From: Candidatus Culexmicrobium cathedralense
Lineage (GTDB): Archaea; Thermoproteota; Methanomethylicia; Culexarchaeales; Culexmicrobiaceae
Direction of reading: 5' to 3'
Assembly (NCBI GenBank): GCA_025061115.1
Contig: JANZKC010000002.1
Location: forward strand, 416,001-480,000
DNA length: 64,000 bases
Position numbers and translations under genes: made by a program. A model generated the notes under the pieces. The model saw nothing but the letters and a program-made list of their open reading frames with translations, ran no database searches and was not told where the DNA came from. Below, piece after piece: positions 58,680 to 64,000 of the stretch (position 1 is the first letter of the stretch; each line of letters opens with the position of its first letter).

Positions 58680-60440
58680 ATGATGTGTAAGCACGACCTG
58701 GAAAAGCTGGTTAAAGTTCCAATAGTATTAGGGTTCAGCGCAACTCCAAAAGGCGATGCAATAGCATTTTCATGGAATAAAACTGGAATCTACCAATTGT
58801 ACTTAATAGATGGAAGAGGCATTAGGCAGCTAACCAACAGGGCAGGCTCATGCATTCACCCAGCAATATCCAGGAACGGTGGGTTAGTAGCATATCACTA
58901 CGATGAAATTGGAAGCGAAAATTACTTCATAAATATCCTCAACCTGAAAACCGGCGAGGATTACACGCTCGTTGAAGGCGGGAAGTACTGTAATAGATTT
59001 GCGGAAATATCTCCTGACGGGAAGTGGATTGCCTACACATCTAATAGGGAAGGCGTGTTTCACGTCTATAAAACGAATATTGAAACTGGGGAGACAGTTA
59101 AGCTAACCGACTCGAAACGCCATGACTTTCAACTTTCATGGTCGCCAGATGGAAGGAAAATTGCAGTTTCCAGATTTACGCCAAATGCAACCATCGAGCA
59201 TGAATTAATCCTAGTTGACTCCGAAACTGGTGAAGAAGAAAGTTTGGGTAGGTTTTCAACCAGCTTCACTAAGCCCGATTGGAGAGCTGATGGCAAAGCA
59301 ATACTCTTTCAAAGCGAGGATTCAGGCTACTACAATGTAATTGAAATCGACGTCCAGACCAAGAAGTATAGAGCCATCGACCCAGCGGAGAGGGAGCAAC
59401 ACGATCCGAAATATTCAATTGAAGGGGAAAAGGTTATCTTCACCGAGATAGGTGACATAGGAAACTACATCGTAATTAAGGACTTGAGAAGCGGAGAGAG
59501 AAGAATTTTAAAAGTGGGTTCAGGAGTCCACCACGCAATAGCTCCAGTTGAAAAGGGAATTGTAGCAATATATTCAAGTGGAAGAAGAACACCGGATCTG
59601 TGGCTCATATCTTGGGATGAAAAAGCCAAGCAGCTAACCAACGGCATGCCGGAGGACATCAATGTAAGCGAGCTCGTAGAGCCAAAGGCAGTTAAGTACA
59701 AGTCCCTAAACGGCCTCGAAGTGCCGGCGCTCCTATACGAGCCAGCGGGAGAGAGAATTGCAGGTTTAGTTCACGTTCACGGAGGGCCGACAGCCCAAGT
59801 ACTAAACACTTGGAGCCCAATAATCCAATTCATAGTTGGATGCGGCTTCGTGGTCATAGCACCCAACTTCAGAGGCAGCACAGGCTATGGCAGGAAATTC
59901 AGAGAGCTAAATCGAATGGACTGGGGCGGAGGAGACCTAAAGGACGTAGTAGCAGCTGCAAGATACCTAAAGGAGAAGTATGGAATCGAGAAGGTTGCAG
60001 TCATGGGCGGAAGCTACGGAGGCTACATGACCTTCCTAGCAATGACCAAGTACCCAGACGAGTGGTATGCGGGAGTAAGCATAGTTGGAATAGTCAACTT
60101 GAAAACGCTCTATAAAGGAACTAGAGGAGACCTAAAAACGTACCTCGAATACTTCATGGGAAAGCCGGATGAAAATCTAGAGCTATATGAGGAGAGGAGC
60201 CCAATAAACTACGCTCATCAAATCAAGGCGCCAATACTGATCATCCAAGGAGCCCACGACCCAAGAGTGCCTCTTGAAGAGGCATTCCAAATGGCAGAGA
60301 AGCTGAGGGAGGTCAAGGTTAAGTACAAATTGGTAGTGTACGGCGATGAAGGCCATGGGCTACTAAAAATGTCAAATAGGCTTGAAGCCATCAAAATGAG
60401 TGCAGAATTCCTTCTAAAAGAGGCGAAGGCATCAAAATAA
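58680..60440 (+). CDS. S9-family peptidase (acylaminoacyl peptidase) with beta-propeller
   Basis: SPDG repeats, HGGP, NFRGSTGYG, GGSYGG, D in HDPRVP and H in DEGH. Confidence 0.95.
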   Translation: MMCKHDLEKLVKVPIVLGFSATPKGDAIAFSWNKTGIYQLYLIDGRGIRQLTNRAGSCIHPAISRNGGLVAYHYDEIGSENYFINILNLKTGEDYTLVEGGKYCNRFAEISPDGKWIAYTSNREGVFHVYKTNIETGETVKLTDSKRHDFQLSWSPDGRKIAVSRFTPNATIEHELILVDSETGEEESLGRFSTSFTKPDWRADGKAILFQSEDSGYYNVIEIDVQTKKYRAIDPAEREQHDPKYSIEGEKVIFTEIGDIGNYIVIKDLRSGERRILKVGSGVHHAIAPVEKGIVAIYSSGRRTPDLWLISWDEKAKQLTNGMPEDINVSELVEPKAVKYKSLNGLEVPALLYEPAGERIAGLVHVHGGPTAQVLNTWSPIIQFIVGCGFVVIAPNFRGSTGYGRKFRELNRMDWGGGDLKDVVAAARYLKEKYGIEKVAVMGGSYGGYMTFLAMTKYPDEWYAGVSIVGIVNLKTLYKGTRGDLKTYLEYFMGKPDENLELYEERSPINYAHQIKAPILIIQGAHDPRVPLEEAFQMAEKLREVKVKYKLVVYGDEGHGLLKMSNRLEAIKMSAEFLLKEAKASK

Positions 60441-60715
60441 ATGGCGGAAAAACATCCAGCGCAGAGAAAGCGCTTCCCATATGACGGCAACTCCAAGAAT
60501 CCATGGCCACTGATATTAATGCATATCACTTTTCTTTACAAATGACGAGTTGGATGCCACAGTACACCTCGTCCCTTTCCCCTCAAAATTGATTGCCCTA
60601 TCTCTATCGCAGCCCTTATGACGTAGCTCGATTCGGCCCTCAGCTTCAATGAGAGGACTTGAAGCGTTAACAGCGCTCTCATCGGCTGGATAAGCCGCTA
60701 CACCTATCAAGCCCC

Positions 60716-61195
60716 TCACAAATTCAGCATTACTAAGTATAGCGCTATTGCAGCTGTTCCAATCGACCCAATAGGCGACTGCGTTTCTACGTAAACTGCT
60801 CTTCCTAAACTCAGCTCTCTAGAGCTTAATCCAGGTTCCAATCCTCCAAATACGAGCAGCATTAACTGGCCCATTAAGGCCTTTTCAGCTACTTCCTTTG
60901 GATTGAAAGGCTCCCTGCCATATGGCTTCGGCGCAAAAAGCAAGATCTCATCCGGCTTTAACAGGTCGATTACATCTTGAATGTCAGGCACGAAAATAAG
61001 CTTCTTGCCCATGCGCATAGCAATTTTCTGAGCTTCCGGAACTCCAGTTTGAGCTGCTGTTCCAACCGCCTTCGAAATGACTAGGGTGCTTATCCCCAAG
61101 CCATAGCAGATCTTGGCCATCTCAATTACACGCTGAACGGAGTGAACATTGTGGAGAGCAACTATGATGTTTCTAGCAGCGTCCAAGCACCTCAA
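60716..61195 (-). CDS. SpoU-like protein (DUF2122/COG4080)
   Basis: LHNVHSVQR..EMAK, G.AAQ.GVPE..K.A and FGG.EPG.S.RE. Confidence 0.8.
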   Translation of the reverse strand: MRCLDAARNIIVALHNVHSVQRVIEMAKICYGLGISTLVISKAVGTAAQTGVPEAQKIAMRMGKKLIFVPDIQDVIDLLKPDEILLFAPKPYGREPFNPKEVAEKALMGQLMLLVFGGLEPGLSSRELSLGRAVYVETQSPIGSIGTAAIALYLVMLNL

Positions 61196-61198
61196 CCC

Positions 61199-62167
61199 CT
61201 AGCCACAGCTCTCTAAGTACTTCTTAACACTTAATGCTATTGCTTTAGCGAGAGGTACGGGAACAGCTTCTCCAACCTGGTCGAATTGCACCTCCCTTCC
61301 ACCATGAAAAACGTGATCGTCTGGAAAGCCCATCAACCTAGCTTGCTCTCTTACTGTTAAAAGGCGATTCTCGAATGGATGTATGAAACGCGATCTCCCC
61401 AGCACTGTGGGCGCTAGCCTATATGGGCGAAGTCTAACCCAATTAGTGTAGAAGCGGCCACTTGCACCGCTGAAGTGAACTAGAGCATCACCCCATTTTA
61501 ATCTTGAGACTTTCTTAAGCTTCGCCGGCGAAAGAGGAACTGGATCGTGATTTGGAATATCATGCACCCCATATGGGTCTGGAAGATCACCAATAGCTTT
61601 CATAACTGGAATTCTAACTTTGACCTTAACTGGGCGTAGCTTGATGTTCGATATGAAGACTCTAACTCTCCTTGAAGGAGTGCCGTAATCTTCAGCTCTC
61701 AATATGTTGAAGTAAATTTTAGGGTAACCCACTCGCGCAAACTCCTTCCTAAGCGCGTACTTCAATTCACCATCAAGTATTTGGGGCACATTCTCCATGA
61801 CAAAGACCTTCGGCTTGAGATCTCCAACAAACCTTATGAAATGCAAAACTAACCTTCCAATAGGATCACCGTATAGCCTGTCAAGCGGATCCTTCCTCCT
61901 CCTAATGTTAACAGCTGTAAAGGGTTCGCAAGGCGGGCCCCCAATCACCACGTCGGGTGGAGAACCTATGAGGGATAGAAGATCTTTGGAGTGAATTCTC
62001 TTTATGTCCTCTACGATCAGCTCAGCTTCAGAGAAGTTCTCCGAATAAGTAATTGCAACTGGCTTGAAATTCTCAATAGCAGCTACGATTTGAAATCCAG
62101 CTTCCTTAAATCCCCTAGAAAAGCCTCCAGCACCAGCGAATAAGTCGACTACCGTCCATGAAGCCAT
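61199..62167 (-). CDS. DNA (cytosine-5) methyltransferase
   Basis: DLFAGAGG, GGPPCE, MENV, R.RVF, LTVRE.ARL.GFPD and GEAVP. Confidence 0.93.
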   Translation of the reverse strand: MASWTVVDLFAGAGGFSRGFKEAGFQIVAAIENFKPVAITYSENFSEAELIVEDIKRIHSKDLLSLIGSPPDVVIGGPPCEPFTAVNIRRRKDPLDRLYGDPIGRLVLHFIRFVGDLKPKVFVMENVPQILDGELKYALRKEFARVGYPKIYFNILRAEDYGTPSRRVRVFISNIKLRPVKVKVRIPVMKAIGDLPDPYGVHDIPNHDPVPLSPAKLKKVSRLKWGDALVHFSGASGRFYTNWVRLRPYRLAPTVLGRSRFIHPFENRLLTVREQARLMGFPDDHVFHGGREVQFDQVGEAVPVPLAKAIALSVKKYLESCG

Positions 62168-62303
62168 GACACATCCTCTAGTTAACAATTTTTCAACTAG
62201 AAGTTAAAGTTTCACACTAAACGCTTAAGCCATACCTTTCGCCTGAGATTGGAATCCAAAATCTAGAAAGTTTTATTTTATTGTCAAGTGACATTTAGAG
62301 TGA

Positions 62304-62403
62304 GCCGGGGTAGCCTAGCCTGGTTAGGGCGTCGGCTTGCTATAGAGCAATGCAAAAAGCCGATGGCCGTAAGGCCGCGCGGGTTCGAATCCCGCCCCCG
62401 GCG
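62304..62403 (+). tRNA. tRNA-Ser(GCT) with 15-nt intron (62343-62357), no encoded CCA
   Basis: TCGGC-TT-GCT-A[TAGAGCAATGCAAAA]A-GCCGA; TTGC/GCAA central helix with two 3-nt bulges; long variable arm; G73. Confidence 0.93.
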
Positions 62404-62469
62404 TAAAACTTCTCAACACCTTAAATGCATAAACACAACGCTTAAACCTCACTTCTCCAAGATGAAAAT

Positions 62470-62806
62470 GGGGCGGCGGCTAGGCGGGGGGCTCGGCCTC
62501 CCCTTGCAGGGGAAAACCCCTGCACCGCAAAGGGTCGAGATGGCGGGCCGAAAGCCGGCGTCAGGCGCCTTGAACAGCCGCACGCCCCAGTGACTCGGCG
62601 ATGAAGCTTCGTCCCATGGGGTCGCCGGCGGGTGATAGGCTCTCCGGAGGGAGGGCCGAATCACCCCTTACCGGGCGAATCGGGTTAGGCCAGGAATGGA
62701 GCGGCCCTAAGCCCGGACGGCGGCGTTCATGGGGGTGCGGGGCTTAGACCGGCACTGGGTGACGGGCGGCTGGGAGGGGCGTCGAGCGTCGGCGCGCCGC
62801 CGCCCC
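62470..62806 (+). ncRNA. ffs: Archaeal signal recognition particle (7S) RNA
   Basis: Terminal helix GGGGCGGCGGC/GCCGCCGCCCC, helix 6 with GGAG loop, helix 8 TAGGCCA-GGAA-TGGAGCGG and Alu loop-loop CTCGGC/GTCGAG. Confidence 0.95.
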
Positions 62807-62842
62807 GTTAACTACAATGGCTCAAGCGGAAAGTTCCACACT

Positions 62843-63784
62843 TTATGGCAGAAGGCCAATCTGCTCCAAGAGCTCGCAAGCTCTACAAACATCCTTAGTT
62901 GTAGGCTCACCGCAGTACTTGCAGTGATTGAGCTTAACGGGCTCAATCGACTTCGAAAGCACCTCAACAATCTTCTCAAAGGAGGACACTATCGAGTACT
63001 TAATTCCAGGATGCCTACTCTCCAGCTCGTTGAGGAATCTCCGAAATTCATCTCTGAAGGAGGTTCTAGCGTAGGGGCAATCAACCGAGTACAACTCCAC
63101 TCCAGCCAGATAGGCGTAAAGCGCGATTTCAGCTTCAGGTATGAGCCTCATCGGCTTAATTCTCGGTATGAAGCCAGGCTGCCTCATGGACTCCAAAGCC
63201 ACAACTCTCACAAGCCTATTAATGTCGCCGCGAACTATATTCATCAAAATCGTTTGAGACTCATCGTCGAGATTATGCGCCGTGGCAATCTTAGTTACTC
63301 CAAGCTCCTTACCCTTAACGTTCAAAATCTTCCTCCTCAAAACTCCGCAATAAGTGCAGGCATGATGCGGGGACCCCCTCCTCTCAGCCTCCTTAACTAT
63401 CTCAGGGAGGGAGTAGCCGTAAAAATCCTTGAACGAGCAAACCTCATGGCGAAGCCCAAGCAGTTCAGCATTCCTCCTCGCAATTTTCAATCCAATCTCC
63501 CTATAGCCAGGAACGCCCTCATCAATCGTAAAGGCAATTAAGTCTGCTTCAGGGAAATCCCTCTCAATCTTAGCCAAGATCCTCATCATGACAACGCTGT
63601 CCTTCCCACCTGAAACAGCCAGCAAAGTATAGTCATTGCGCTCCAAAAGAGAGTACTTGCCAATGGTCCACCTCACCTTATCCTCAATGGACTTCATGAA
63701 GCAGCTCTTACAAAGCGCAACGCCGGAAAATCTCCGCAGGAAAATTGCCGGCTGGCCGCAGCGACTACACCTCACCCTAAACAC
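62843..63784 (-). CDS. tRNA 2-thiolation protein (TtuA/Ctu1/NcsA family)
   Basis: CSRC..C..C, SGGKDS, CTYCGVLRR, TAHNLDD, CPY and C-terminal CKYCG...CRAC. Confidence 0.93.
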   Translation of the reverse strand: MFRVRCSRCGQPAIFLRRFSGVALCKSCFMKSIEDKVRWTIGKYSLLERNDYTLLAVSGGKDSVVMMRILAKIERDFPEADLIAFTIDEGVPGYREIGLKIARRNAELLGLRHEVCSFKDFYGYSLPEIVKEAERRGSPHHACTYCGVLRRKILNVKGKELGVTKIATAHNLDDESQTILMNIVRGDINRLVRVVALESMRQPGFIPRIKPMRLIPEAEIALYAYLAGVELYSVDCPYARTSFRDEFRRFLNELESRHPGIKYSIVSSFEKIVEVLSKSIEPVKLNHCKYCGEPTTKDVCRACELLEQIGLLP

Positions 63785-63787
63785 CCA

Positions 63788-64000
63788 CTATGGAAAACTA
63801 AATCCGCCCACATTGAAGGATTGAACCATATTCAGGCAGAGAAGCAGCACCGAGGCAACCCTAACAACGTTGAGCAAAGCCTCACTTAAAGGCATCTCCC
63901 TATTAAGGAGGAAAACCTTCCTCCTCATAAGAGCTGGCGCCTGAAGCAAAGCCTCAAAAAACCCATTCCCATCCAGGAAGGGTATGGGAAGCATGTTTAT
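63788..64000 (-). CDS. Site-2 protease (M50) 3' end, partial
   Basis: NMLPIPFLDG motif followed by a terminal TM helix; runs off the window edge. Confidence 0.75.
   Translation of the reverse strand: MNMLPIPFLDGNGFFEALLQAPALMRRKVFLLNREMPLSEALLNVVRVASVLLLCLNMVQSFNVGGFSFP

Noticed and set aside
60440-60719. Small ORFs downstream of the SpoU-like gene
   Set aside because: No recognisable motif or convincing coding signal; possibly decayed sequence.
61199-62167. C5 methyltransferase as the DrmMII partner of the island operon
   Set aside because: It lies outside the island, has host-like composition and is coupled to a SpoU-like gene in what looks like a housekeeping arrangement; nothing links it to the operon.
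62288-63541. ORFs 62288-62593, 62449-62664 and 62729-63541
   Set aside because: Shadows of tRNA-Ser, SRP RNA and the antisense strand of the thiolase gene.
1-64000. CRISPR array or cas genes
   Set aside because: No regularly spaced repeats or cas motifs were seen; the Cas12-related signal is just IS-encoded TnpB.

Overview
Archaeal chromosome segment, most consistent with a thermophilic TACK/Thermoproteota lineage (TFE, aTrm56, aMBF1, PAN, NAC, DGGGP synthase, structural tRNA-splicing subunit, very GC-rich tRNAs, archaeal 7S SRP RNA); exact taxon cannot be fixed from sequence alone. The housekeeping backbone carries 8 tRNA genes (one with an intron), SRP RNA, hisS, pheST, map and a decaying liv-type ABC operon. 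There are two tRNA-anchored accessory islands. (1) About 35.5-41.4 kb at tRNA-Ala(CGC): AbiE-like toxin-antitoxin pair, a complete IS608-like tnpA/tnpB element, a solitary PD-(D/E)XK nuclease and pseudogenes, bounded by shared direct and inverted end motifs. (2) About 43.0-58.3 kb at tRNA-Val(GAC): a nonsense-inactivated tyrosine integrase and an intact four-gene operon (amino-MTase, unknown 541-aa protein, SF2 helicase, DUF1998-like+PLD fusion). This operon resembles but does not match DISARM or DpdJK and is the best candidate for an undescribed archaeal antiviral system. All family assignments come from motif recognition by eye; no searches were run.
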